Part shown: positions 29,712 through 40,123 of the stretch, piece by piece
How the letters are laid out: the number at the start of each line of letters is the position of its first letter
Numbering within the stretch: position 1 is the first letter of the stretch
Assembly: GCA_963795855.1 (NCBI GenBank)
Contig: CAWCIZ010000002.1
Coordinates: forward strand, 384,001 to 448,000
Reading direction: 5' to 3'
DNA: 64,000 nt
Origin: Vulcanimicrobiota bacterium
GTDB lineage: Bacteria > Vulcanimicrobiota > Vulcanimicrobiia > Vulcanimicrobiales > Vulcanimicrobiaceae
Translations under genes and position numbers: made by a program
The notes under the pieces: generated by a model
The model's database searches: none
What the model saw: only the letters and a program-made list of their open reading frames with translations
What the model was told of the DNA's origin: nothing

Positions 29712-31338
29712 CGAGCGACACCCAGTACTCGGCGTTCTTTTGTCCGCCGAAGTAGTAGTCCACGTCGGCAGCGGGGAACGCGCGCCGCAACTCTTCCGCC
29801 AAGCGTTGCGCATCTTTTTCTTTCTGCGCGCCGCCGTAATACACCGTAATCAAGCCTCCGCTACGAGCACCCATCGCTTCCAGCGCCGTTTGCGCCGCAT
29901 CAGTCAGCGTTCCGCCGCCGAACAATCGCGCTTCGTCACCGCGAACGATCGCCGCCGGCTTCCCCTGCGCCACGCTCGTTCCACCCACCGTTGCATCCTT
30001 CCCCGCAAAGAACACTTGGGCGCTGCGCGTGCGGTTCGCCGCCTCCAGCACTTCGGACGTTTCGGGCGTCGCATCGCCGCGGGAGCGAAGCGCGAGCAGG
30101 CCGGCAATCCCGCCGACGACGTCCGCCGTGGGCACGACGTGCACTGCAAGCCCGCCGCCGCTGCGCGCGGCTTGCTCCAGGCGAAGAGCGGCGGCTTCCT
30201 TAGCGGCGAGCGCGATGTTTTTGTCGTTCACGAATAGGAACACGGTGTTCGACATGCATTTGGTGAGGGCCAGCAGCAAGTCGCGAACGCTCGGGTTCTG
30301 CGCAGCCGGCACGGTGACTTCCGCGCCCAGCTCTTTGGCGATGCGCTCGAAGCCGGCGCCCGGCACGACCGCCACCGCGGAGTACGCGGCTTCCGGCCGC
30401 TCGACGACCAGCACGTTGTGCTGCTGCTCCATGTTGTCGACTTTCGCGCGCGTCAGCTCGCCGTGCTTTGCCGCGATCGCCTTCACGCCTTCGGGATTGT
30501 CCGTATGAATGTGCACCTTCAGCGTGGGCGGCGCGCCCGCGACGATGAGTGAGTCGCCTCTTTGCGCGAGCAAATCTCGCAGATCGACGGCCGAGCACCC
30601 CGCCTTTTCCAGAATGAACTCCGTACAGTACTTGTTTTCGCCCACGATCTGCGCCGCCGTGAAAACGCGCTCTTTAATGGGGCGCCTGGGGAATGCGGTG
30701 GACCGCACTTTGATGTCGGGAAGAAAGCGCAGAACGCCTTCGAGAAAATACACGAATCCTGCGCCCCCGGAGTCGACTACGCCCGCTTCTTTCAAAACGG
30801 GGAGTTGATCGGGCGTCCGATCGAGCGCGTCGTTCGCCGAGCGCAGCATGCCGTTCGCGAGCCGGTAAAAATCCGGTTCATGCAATGCTAGCCGGTACGC
30901 GGAGTCCGCGGCCGCCTCGGCGACGGAGATGATCGTGCCGTCGACGACCTGCACGAGTGCTTGCCTTGCCGCCTGCACCCCTTCCCGCATGCCCGTCGCA
31001 AGCATGAAGGTGTCGATTTCCGAACGGTGCCGCACGTGATGCGCGAAGCCGCGCAGCATTTGCGAAATGATGACGCCGGAATTCCCCCGCGCTCCCATCA
31101 GCGCCCCGCGTGCCGCCGCGGCCGCGACCTCGGAGAGCGGATGTCCCGCAACTTTGCCCGCCTCCAGGGCAGCCTGGCGGCAGGTCAGGTACATGTTCGT
31201 CCCCGTGTCCCCGTCCGGCACCGGAAAGACGTTGAGGTCGTTGAGGACGTCGCGGTACTTTCTGAGGAAGTACGAACCCGCCGTAACGAACTTGGCGTAC
31301 GCTCGGCCGTCGAGGACGGTGACATCCATGGGCCGCAC
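29704..31338 (-). CDS. DAK2-domain fatty acid kinase subunit (FakA/YloV-like)
   Basis: LNVFPVPDGDTGTNM, GARGNSGVI, VVDSGG, YCTEF, KVHIHT, GGQ. Confidence 0.93.
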   Translation of the reverse strand: MRPMDVTVLDGRAYAKFVTAGSYFLRKYRDVLNDLNVFPVPDGDTGTNMYLTCRQAALEAGKVAGHPLSEVAAAAARGALMGARGNSGVIISQMLRGFAHHVRHRSEIDTFMLATGMREGVQAARQALVQVVDGTIISVAEAAADSAYRLALHEPDFYRLANGMLRSANDALDRTPDQLPVLKEAGVVDSGGAGFVYFLEGVLRFLPDIKVRSTAFPRRPIKERVFTAAQIVGENKYCTEFILEKAGCSAVDLRDLLAQRGDSLIVAGAPPTLKVHIHTDNPEGVKAIAAKHGELTRAKVDNMEQQHNVLVVERPEAAYSAVAVVPGAGFERIAKELGAEVTVPAAQNPSVRDLLLALTKCMSNTVFLFVNDKNIALAAKEAAALRLEQAARSGGGLAVHVVPTADVVGGIAGLLALRSRGDATPETSEVLEAANRTRSAQVFFAGKDATVGGTSVAQGKPAAIVRGDEARLFGGGTLTDAAQTALEAMGARSGGLITVYYGGAQKEKDAQRLAEELRRAFPAADVDYYFGGQKNAEYWVSLDE

Positions 31339-31374
31339 CGGTTCTAGGCTTGGCGTCCGGTGCCTGTCCGGTGG

Positions 31375-31403
31375 TTGTCAACGCCCGGGCGCCATGGTAA
31401 TCT
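31375..31403 (+). promoter_or_regulatory. Predicted sigmaA promoter of rpmB
   Basis: TTGTCA-17bp-TAATCT with extended TG. Confidence 0.55.
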
Positions 31404-31463
31404 ACCAGGGTTGCCCGGGGTGCATCCGCCCTTGGCTCCGAGCAATTTTCGAAAGGTTTGACG

Positions 31464-31655
31464 ATGGCCAAGCGCTGCGAAGTCTGCAACAAGGGCCCGA
31501 TGGCGGGCAATAACGTCAGTCACGCGATGAACAAGACGAAGCGCCGCTGGCTTCCGAATCTGCAGTCCATTAAGATCAACGACCGCGGAACGGCCCGCAC
31601 TGCGCGCGTCTGCACGTCGTGCCTGCGCGCGAAAAGAGTCACGCGCGCCGTCTGA
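31464..31655 (+). CDS. rpmB: 50S ribosomal protein L28
   Basis: [10 protein letters not shown]...[19 protein letters not shown]...VCTSCLR. Confidence 0.97.
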   Translation: MAKRCEVCNKGPMAGNNVSHAMNKTKRRWLPNLQSIKINDRGTARTARVCTSCLRAKRVTRAV

Positions 31656-31739
31656 TCTGAATCACCCTTACGCTACCAGCAAACGGCGGCCGGCGAGGCC
31701 GCCGTTTTCATTTGCCTCTAAACCGGGCAACAGCTCGGC

Positions 31740-31898
31740 ATGGAACGACAAGCGGACGAAAAGCACGGCATTTTCGATGACGACGATCTCGACACGGCGA
31801 TCGCGAACGCTGACGACACGGGCATGGTGAGATCGCAGCAGGTCATCGTCGAAGAGCAACTGGAGAACCCGCGGCCGCAAGACGACACTAGTACGTAA
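31740..31898 (+). CDS. Small acidic hypothetical protein (52 aa)
   Basis: Manual translation MERQADEKHGIFDDDDLDTAIA...; below the ORF-track cutoff. Confidence 0.35.
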   Translation: MERQADEKHGIFDDDDLDTAIANADDTGMVRSQQVIVEEQLENPRPQDDTST

Positions 31899-32004
31899 AT
31901 TCACGCTCGGCAGTCTGCGCGGGCCGCACTACGTGTTGTCGTCGCCGATCCGCCGCGGCGGCATACGCGCAGAGCCGAGCAGAACAATCGAGGTAGGGCG
32001 CTGC

Positions 32005-32385
32005 TTATTTTTCCGCGTGCACGCGCAGTTGCGAGAGCTGAAAATGCGTGCGCGCGATGTCCTGCGGCTCGAGCGTGATCAGGTACTCCAGGCGCACGTG
32101 CGAAGCGTCGATCGTCTTGACGAGGATGGCGCAGAGCACCGGCCCGCGCTTTGAGGGCGCGAAGGAGAGCGAGAGCAGTCCCGCGGCAAGCACGAACCCT
32201 TTCGACGGTCCGTTTCCGCTGCTGATTTCCGCCAGGTAGTCGCGCACTTCGAACAGTTCCCACAGCCCAATCGGCATGTCGAAGACCGCATTCACCGGCT
32301 CCGCCTGCGCGCGCACGCGGCAATGCATCAAATCGAGGTCCGCCGGTTCGACCGTATCCGGATGCTCGTATCCGAGCACCTCCAC
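32005..32385 (-). CDS. Hypothetical protein (start uncertain)
   Basis: Plausible globular composition; co-oriented with the upstream operon. Confidence 0.55.
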   Translation of the reverse strand: MEVLGYEHPDTVEPADLDLMHCRVRAQAEPVNAVFDMPIGLWELFEVRDYLAEISSGNGPSKGFVLAAGLLSLSFAPSKRGPVLCAILVKTIDASHVRLEYLITLEPQDIARTHFQLSQLRVHAEK

Positions 32386-32442
32386 TATCAGCTCGCGGCC
32401 CCCGGGCGGCGGGACCGATGGAAATTTCGAGCGGTTGGAACA

Positions 32443-33414
32443 TCAGCCGTAAATAATCTTGTGCTTCGGCGGCGCGAACTTCAAGCGCGGACCGTCGTCC
32501 GCCGTGGCTTTTATCGTCTCGCTTTCCACCATCGAGCGCTCGCAGAACCGCATCGCCTTGTCGTCTTCGACCTGATACCCGAGCGGACGCCACTTTTCGA
32601 GAGCCGCAACCGGATCGATCGTTCCGCCGCCGTATGCGGACGTGTTTGCGACCGATCGAGCGCACAGCGCGGTGGCGAGCAATGCGGCGGCGAACGGCGA
32701 CGCGCCGAGCGCCATGAACGCGCCGATTCCCCCCGCGAACGCATCGCCGGCGCCGTGTGCCGGAAGCGTGGGATAATACGGCGCGGCAATCCGGTGGTAA
32801 CTGTAACCGTTGGTGAAAAGCAGTGTCAGGCGGTGCTTTTCCGCATCGCGTTCGTACGACGTGATGATGACGGCTTGCGGGCCCAGATCGAACATACCGT
32901 TGAGAAACGCGAACTCGGAGGCGTAATGGTCCGGGCCGAAGCCGAGCAGCACTTCCGCTTCGAACCGGTTGGGCGTGACGATTTGCGCGAGCGGCATCAA
33001 TTGGTCACGAATCGCGCGCGCGGTTTCAGAGGTAACGTACAAGCCTTTCTGATAATCGCCGATTACGGGATCCAACAGCACGATGCCGCGGTAATCCGCT
33101 AGCTGCGAAGCGATGATCTCGACCAAGTTCGGGCGCGGCACATAGCCGATCACCAGCACCGCGGGCTGCCGGCTTATCAAGAACGCAACGTCCTTGCGAA
33201 ACGTTTGCGGCTCCGCAGTCCACGTCGCGCGCCCGGGAAAGCCCGCGTGCGCGCTGGCGAACGACGTAGACGCGCAGATTGCGCGCGCGCCGAGTGCGTT
33301 GCAAATCGAGATGACGGCTTGATTGCCGATAAAACCCATACCGACCGTGTTCTGAATGGAACCGATGAGCGGATAATTGGCAACGTCGTCGCGGTTCACT
33401 TCAAATGGTCCCAT
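32443..33414 (-). CDS. pdxK: Pyridoxal kinase-like PfkB-family kinase
   Basis: SIQ..V..GFIGN, IGY, LDPVIGD...LYV, TPNRFE, GAGDAF. Confidence 0.75.
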   Translation of the reverse strand: MGPFEVNRDDVANYPLIGSIQNTVGMGFIGNQAVISICNALGARAICASTSFASAHAGFPGRATWTAEPQTFRKDVAFLISRQPAVLVIGYVPRPNLVEIIASQLADYRGIVLLDPVIGDYQKGLYVTSETARAIRDQLMPLAQIVTPNRFEAEVLLGFGPDHYASEFAFLNGMFDLGPQAVIITSYERDAEKHRLTLLFTNGYSYHRIAAPYYPTLPAHGAGDAFAGGIGAFMALGASPFAAALLATALCARSVANTSAYGGGTIDPVAALEKWRPLGYQVEDDKAMRFCERSMVESETIKATADDGPRLKFAPPKHKIIYG

Positions 33415-34382
33415 CCCGTCGCTGGGAGCGGCTCTTCGCGCCCCGCTTTACGGAAGAACACTCCCCTTCCTTCGCGAATGCGGCCGACGGCGAAAAGCGG
33501 CCGGCCGAACCGCTTGCGGAAACGCGAATTCAAGTATCCGAACGCGCGCGCGTCTATCGCGGCGAGCAGTTCGTAGTCCTCACCGCCCGCGAGCGCGTAG
33601 GCTTGCGAATCTTCGCCCAGCGCGCGCGCCGCCGTCTGCGCACATTTCGCGACGGGCACGTCCTCGACTATCGCCGCGCAGTGCGAGCGCTCGCAAATAC
33701 GCGCGAGATCCGTCGACAGACCGTCGGAGACGTCCATCATCGCGTGAACGTGCGCGCTGGCCGCGAGAAACCGGCCTTCGCGCACGCGCGGCTGGGGCCG
33801 GCGATGCGCTTGCAGCGCGTCCTGACGTTCACGATCCTCGAGGACGATGAGATTATCACCAAGATGCAGTCCGGCCCGGCTCGCGCCGAGCGGTCCGGTC
33901 ACCGCGATGACGTCGCCGCTGCGCGCGCCGCCGCGGCCCTTCACGTGCGCGGCCCGCACTTCGCCGATCGCCGTGATGGCGATGAACCAGCACGGCGAAC
34001 GCGTGAGGTCGCCTCCGGCGATCGCGCATTCGTGCATCGTCGCAACGCCGAGCATTCCGCGATAGAGGTCCGTTATTTCGACCGTTCCGGCGTTCTTTGG
34101 AATGCCGAGTGCAACGGTGGCGAGCACCGGACGCGCGCCCATTGCCGCCAAATCGCTCAGGTTGCTCGCCATCGCGCGCCAGCCCGCGTCCTCCAAACTC
34201 ATCGTGTTCGTGCGAAAGTGCACGCCTTCGACCACAGCGTCGGACGTAACGACGCTGCGGTGCGACCTCGAGGGCTGCCAGAGCGCCGCATCGTCGCCAA
34301 TCTCGTTGCACAGCTTGCGCGCAAGCGGCTGCGCTTCGATCAGATCGCGCAGCTGCGCGACCAGTCGATCTTCGCCGTTCAG
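33396..34382 (-). CDS. thiL: Thiamine-monophosphate kinase (start uncertain)
   Basis: IGDDAA, EGVHF, NLSDLAAMGA, GGDLT, MMDVSDGL, GGEDYELL. Confidence 0.93.
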   Translation of the reverse strand: MNGEDRLVAQLRDLIEAQPLARKLCNEIGDDAALWQPSRSHRSVVTSDAVVEGVHFRTNTMSLEDAGWRAMASNLSDLAAMGARPVLATVALGIPKNAGTVEITDLYRGMLGVATMHECAIAGGDLTRSPCWFIAITAIGEVRAAHVKGRGGARSGDVIAVTGPLGASRAGLHLGDNLIVLEDRERQDALQAHRRPQPRVREGRFLAASAHVHAMMDVSDGLSTDLARICERSHCAAIVEDVPVAKCAQTAARALGEDSQAYALAGGEDYELLAAIDARAFGYLNSRFRKRFGRPLFAVGRIREGRGVFFRKAGREEPLPATGWDHLK

Positions 34383-34384
34383 GT

Positions 34385-35050
34385 TTAGACGCGCTCCGGC
34401 TGCGCCGCGATCCGCACGAATTCGCCGGTCGCCGCGCCGCAATCCGGCGTGTCGAAGATGGCCGACCCCGCGACCAACACATCGGCACCGGCGCGCGCAA
34501 TTTCCGCAGCGTTGCGCAGCGTGACGCCGCCGTCGACTTCCACCTCGCACGCCGAGCCGGCGCGCCGCACGAGCGTTTTCGCCTGTTCGATTTTCTTGAG
34601 CGCGTGCGGAATGAAGGTTTGTCCGCCGAAGCCCGGATTCACGCTCATCACCAAAATCAGATCCACGTCGTCGATGAGATCCTCGAGCATCGCGACGGGC
34701 GTCTGCGGGCAGATCGAAATACCGGCTTTCGCACCGATCGACCGAATATGCGTGAGCAGCCGCTGCGCATGCGGCGTAGCCTCGAGGTGAAAGGTAATGA
34801 TGTCCGCGCCCGCTTCACGAAACGCATCGACGTAGCGCTCCGGTTCGACGATCATCAAATGACAGTCGAACGGCAATCGCGTGTGCTTGCGCAGATCCGC
34901 GACGACTTTTGGGCCCCACGTGATGTTGGGCACGAAGCGTCCGTCCATCACGTCCAAATGCAGATACGACGCGCCCGCCTTTTCGACGGCGCGGACGTCT
35001 TCCATGATACGGCTGAAATCCGCGGAGAGGATCGACGGAGCGATCTTCAC
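34385..35050 (-). CDS. rpe: Ribulose-phosphate 3-epimerase
   Basis: IAPSILSADF, HLDVMDG.FVPN, MSVNPGFGGQ, VDGG. Confidence 0.97.
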   Translation of the reverse strand: MKIAPSILSADFSRIMEDVRAVEKAGASYLHLDVMDGRFVPNITWGPKVVADLRKHTRLPFDCHLMIVEPERYVDAFREAGADIITFHLEATPHAQRLLTHIRSIGAKAGISICPQTPVAMLEDLIDDVDLILVMSVNPGFGGQTFIPHALKKIEQAKTLVRRAGSACEVEVDGGVTLRNAAEIARAGADVLVAGSAIFDTPDCGAATGEFVRIAAQPERV

Positions 35051-36102
35051 TTTCGCGGTGCCTTGCCCGCGGCCGCCCCCGGCCGCTCGTACGCGTTCGG
35101 CGGTTCTTGTCCGACCTTCGTTTCACCCAGCAGCGTGCCGTTCACGAAGAAATAAATCGCGGACGTGCCGATGGTGGTGACGTTGAAATCGAATTTTTGT
35201 CCCGGCTCGCCATAGCCGTTGAAGAGATCGTAACTCCCGGTTGCGTCGCTCACGGAAAAACGGATGCGAAGCGCTTGATTCTGTCCCGGCTCCGCCGGCG
35301 GAACGGCGGCAAGGACGTGTGTTTGATGAATAATGCGTCCGGACTCGTTTTTGCCCGCGCTCACGTCGAGCGAGACCAAATCGTAGGCCCCGATCGTCGT
35401 TCCGGCGGCCGGTTTTTGCAGCACCACTTCCCCGTGCGGCGGCGCCTTTTCTCCCAGCGGCGTCCACACGATCTGTCCGAGTTTGACGTGTTCCGATGCC
35501 GCCAACCCGCGCGCTTGGTCGATCGTCATCCCTTCGAAGTTGGGCACTTTTACCGACGTGACGCCGCCTTTGCTCACCAGCAGCGACACGGCCGTACCTT
35601 GAGTCACACTTACGAGCGGTTCGGGATACTGCGAGATCACATGGTCGGGCGGAATGTCGTCGTTGCGCACGTACGTCGTCTTCGCAACCTGCAAACGCGC
35701 GTGCGACAGGTCCAGATTCGCGTCTCGAAGCGACTGATAGCGCACGTCCGGCATCAGCATGGTTTGCACGCCGTCGCTGACGACGAGCGAAATCTGACGT
35801 CCTCCGCGCACGTGCATGCCGGCCGCCGGCTCCTGATTCATGACGACGCCTTTGGGATACTGGTTGCTCGTCGCATGCCCCGCGACGATCGCCTTGAGCT
35901 TCATGCGCATGATTTCGTTCGTCGCGTCCGGCAGCGCCATGCCGACGAACGAAGGCACGGTGACTGTGTTCGGACCCGGAAGCAGAAACTCTTGAATCGA
36001 GTGGCCGAACCAAACGAGCACGCCGACGAATGCCGCGAAAACGAGCGGGAACACCCAATCGCGCGGAATGTAACGCTCTACTGCAGGGGGCAGGGACGTC
36101 AT
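35047..36102 (-). CDS. Membrane-anchored protein with three PASTA domains, no kinase domain
   Basis: N-terminal TM; VPSFVG, MPDVRY, VPNFEG repeats, each with V..Q.P and V.L.VS. Confidence 0.88.
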   Translation of the reverse strand: MTSLPPAVERYIPRDWVFPLVFAAFVGVLVWFGHSIQEFLLPGPNTVTVPSFVGMALPDATNEIMRMKLKAIVAGHATSNQYPKGVVMNQEPAAGMHVRGGRQISLVVSDGVQTMLMPDVRYQSLRDANLDLSHARLQVAKTTYVRNDDIPPDHVISQYPEPLVSVTQGTAVSLLVSKGGVTSVKVPNFEGMTIDQARGLAASEHVKLGQIVWTPLGEKAPPHGEVVLQKPAAGTTIGAYDLVSLDVSAGKNESGRIIHQTHVLAAVPPAEPGQNQALRIRFSVSDATGSYDLFNGYGEPGQKFDFNVTTIGTSAIYFFVNGTLLGETKVGQEPPNAYERPGAAAGKAPRK

Positions 36103-36847
36103 CTAGGCGAGCGCCTCGAGAGCCGCTTCGCTCACTTCGAGATTCGAAAACACGCGCTGGATGTCTTCATGTTCTTCCAGCGCTTCGAGGAAGCCGAGCA
36201 CTGCGCTCAAATCCGCATCGGACGGCGAGGTCTTCTGCTTCGCACGAACCCCTAAATAGACTTCGGAAATCTTCACGCCGGCGGTGCGCAGCGCATCTCT
36301 GACGCCTGCAAGCGCCGTCGGTTCGGTGTAAATCTCGGCCGGTTCGCCATACTCGAGATCGATGACGCCGTCGACGAGCGCCTTCTCCGTCAACTCGTCT
36401 TCCGTGCGTTCAGCGGGGTCGACGACGACGATGCCGACCGGATCGAACATCCACGCGACGCTGCCGGTTTCACCCATCGTGCCGCCGTTTTTGCTGAAAA
36501 GAAAGCGCAGGCTCGCCGGCCGTTCGATTCCGGTTGTCGGTCGCGGCGTCGACCACGACCGCCACGCCGCCGGGTCCGTATCCCTCGTAGCGGATCTCCT
36601 CGATTTCCTTTTCACCGGTGCCGCCCGCGCCGCGCGCGATGGCGCGCTTGATGTTGTCGTGCGGCATATTGTTTTCGCGCGCCTTTTCCACCGCCATCTT
36701 CAAGCGGTAGTTCGCTTCGGGATCGGGAGAACCGGACCGCGCGGCCAGAATGATTTCCTTGCTGAGTTTGGTGAACAGGGCGCCGCGCTGCGCGTCGACC
36801 TTTCCTTTGCGCAGTTTGATGTTGTGCCATTTGGAATGCCCGGACAT
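36103..36847 (-). CDS. yebC: YebC/PmpR family protein, frameshift near 36517
   Basis: [33 protein letters not shown] and DIQRVFSN are in a second frame. Confidence 0.94.
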
Positions 36848-36902
36848 AGACCCGGTGGGTTCGCCGCGGGCCGTCCCGCATCCTGAAGGCGGCTCCGGCC
36901 GG

Positions 36903-39900
36903 CTAGATCCAGTGACTTCCCAGCCACATGCGCGCGTTCCACGACGCCCAGGGCAGCGGTGTGCCGGACAAGATGGGATAGAACCAGATGAAGGCCAAAA
37001 CCACCGCGCAGACGTAGGCGCCGACGCCGATGCGGGCATAAAGCCGCGCCTCACGCTGCCCGAATTGCCAGTTCCACAGGCGCTGCAAGACGATCACGTT
37101 GCAGAGCACGACGATCGGAATATCGACGTAGAAGTGATACGCGAACGTAATACGCGGCGATTTCGCCCATGGCAGCCATTGCAGCAGATACGCGAGCACC
37201 AACAGCGCGTAGCCTTTGTTCTTCTCGTACCACGCCAAGACTGCGACGAGCGGGACGCAAAGCAAACCGAACCACAAGATGAGCGGGTTGGGCAGCGAGG
37301 TGATCTCCGCGACGCAGCACGCGTTTGGGTTATTCGCGTTCGGACCCGAACGCAGATCTTTCCAGTAGTACGCGATCGGCCGCAGGTCGAGAGGCCACTG
37401 CCACCACGACGACTGGTACGGATGCGTAGCCTTCGAGCTGATCATGATATTCGAACATCGTGTACTGGCGGTACACGAGTTCGCTGACGTTGGCAACGCC
37501 CGTATCGCCCGGCGGCTGCACGTGGCGGACGAGATCAGGTATCCACGCGCACACGTACACCGACATGCTCACGAACACGATCGTCGCCAGCGCGACATCC
37601 AGCCTGAAACCGTACGGATTGCCCCAACGTTTTGCGCGGCCTTCGGCCCAATACCGCTGGAGCCACACGAAGCCGATGACGATGAACGAGACGCCGTACG
37701 CCATGACGCCGTACCACTTGCTCGCGACGAGCGCGCCGAGCAGCAGCGTGAAGGCGACGAGCCACGTCGTACCGTGGCGCCCGTTCTCCGATTCACCGCA
37801 ATCGTCGACCACCGCGCCCGGCGTGTACGTCGCGCTGCCTTCCGGCGTCGCGTACGTCACGGACGCGTCGCGCCGGTACGTGATGCTCGCCTCTTCTTCC
37901 GCAATGGTCAGATCTTTTTTGAACGCGCGGTCGTACGGCGGGTCGATTTGCAAATCCGAACCGGAACGCACCACGCGCGTTCCCTCCGCGTACGTGATGA
38001 AGTCGCCGCGCGTTCCGAGCAGCCGCGGAATGAGCCACAAGCGCAGCAGCAAATACCAGCCCGAAGCAAAGTACGCCGAACCCACGATGAACCCGGCCTT
38101 GTCCGCCTGCCCCGGCGGATTGCCGAACCGGTTGGCGAGATAGCCGGAAATGCATCCGAGTACCAATGCGCCGCCCAACGATATCGCGGCGCGGGTGACG
38201 CTTTGCGGCTCGAACGCGCGGACTGTCGATGCGGAAGCGATCCAGAACCGGTAAAACGCGTACAATGCTGCGAGCGAAAAGACGACGACGATGCCTTCCG
38301 GCGTCGCGATGCGCGATTGCACGAAGTGCATCCCATCCGCGGTGAACATGATTGCCGCCGCCGCCGAAAACAGCGTGGAGCGGGTCAGCCGTTTGGCGAA
38401 CGCGTAGATGACGACGATCGCGACGGCGCCGAATACCACGTCCAGGAAACGCCAGCCGGCGGGATTGTCGCCGTGCGGCATGCCGCCGAACAGCATCGTC
38501 GAGACCGTGATGATCAGTTTGGTGAGCGGCGGATGCGTGTTCTCGTAGATGTATTTGCCGCTCAGGTATTCTTCGGCGGCGCGCGCGAAATAGATCTCGT
38601 CGAAAATCTTCTCATTCGGCAGCCAATAGTTCACGTACGAAACCAAAAATGAAATGACGCCGAACAATCCCGCGAGCAGGTAGTCCAGCGGCCACACCAT
38701 CGATGCCAAGCCTTCGCGCGGATTGAACCACGCCCGCGCTTTTGCAAACGGCGAGAGGCCGGGTGAAGCCGCGGCACGCGGCGCAGCGACGTATTCTTTG
38801 CTTTCCTGTCCCAAAAACAAATACCCGAGCACGAAGAACGTCGCGACGTTCAGCACCGAGAGCGGGTGCGTAACGGCCGGCCACATGTCGCGCGGGTCGA
38901 CGCCGGCTGGGGCTCCCCCCGACACCACGTACAGATACTGCAGCGAATAAAAGAGATTGACGAACAACGTCGCCGAGAATATGAACGCGGCCCAGACGTA
39001 GCGCCGCGCGAACGGCAGACAGACGATCGTGAATGCCAACCCGTCGTAGACGTAACGTTCGTGCATGCGCGTGGCGAGCATGAAGAACGCGAGCGTGAGC
39101 AGCGCCGCCGACTCGAGCAGCGCTTGGTTCGAGCGCGCCTGCAAGTAACGCACCACGGTCAAGACGACCGCCGCAGCAACCAGGATGATGCCCCAGACGT
39201 ACTGCGGAAGGAAGGCGATGCGCTGAGAATCCGCCTGCCAAAAACCGTGCAGAATCGACCACAGGTTGAACGCGTTCACGGAGTTGTACGCGTACACGTT
39301 TTTCGCAAAGGTGTATTTGCCCAGCAGCCAGCCGTACGCGTCGACGGGATTGTACGTCGGATGGAACGGCAGCGTGAGCAGCAAGCCGAAAAGCAGCCCC
39401 GCAATGACGCCCGCCCCGGTCCCGATGGCGCGAGAGCGCGCGCGATCGGGTCGAGTGAACGCAAATGCCAGGAACAGCGGAATGAGCACCGCCGCCTGCG
39501 GCTTGATCAGCAGCGAATACGATAGTGCAACCCATGCAAGCACGATTGGCAGCACCGCGCTGCGCTCATCGCGGTCGTCCGAGCCGAGCAGCAAGTACAC
39601 TGCGAAAAGCGCGAGCCCGCTGGAAATCGAATCGACCTGTCCCCACGCAGCGGAAATGAAGATCATCGCGGGATTCAGGATGAAGAGAGCGGCGGCGCCC
39701 AGCGCCCACCGATCGGCGGCGAAGCGGCGCACGATCGCGTAGACGAGCGCGCCGTCGACCAAATCCATGATGACGGCCGGGAGTTTGACGAGATACTTGA
39801 GCAGATCGTAATTGCCGCCGTGCGGCGAGAGCACTGCGTACACATGGCCGACGAGCCAGAGCACGTAAAAATAGCCCGGCGGATAATCCGCGAAACTCGT

Positions 39901-40110
39901 CGACGCGTAAAACTGCGAGAACGGGTGATGCGCCAGCGTGATCGCCCACGCCTCAAACGACTGCACGTCGTTGCGGAAGCCTTCGTTGCCCATGAACAGC
40001 AGGCGAATGACGAACCCGGCGGCGATCAGCAGCCAGAGCCGCAGCCCGGCGGCGAGCGAACGTTCTTCCGTGCGGGGAGCCGTCTGCAACTCCGCCTTGA
40101 TTGTACGCAT
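36903..40110 (-). CDS. Large GT-C fusion: N-terminal lipid-dependent glycosyltransferase module plus C-terminal protein O-mannosyltransferase (PMT) module; frameshift near 37434
   Basis: DYPP, WGQVDS, IKPQ, MHERY in the N-half; FDEIYF, HPPL, GWRF, SKW in the C-half; [12 protein letters not shown] after the shift. Confidence 0.8.
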
Positions 40111-40123
40111 ATCGGCCTTTACT

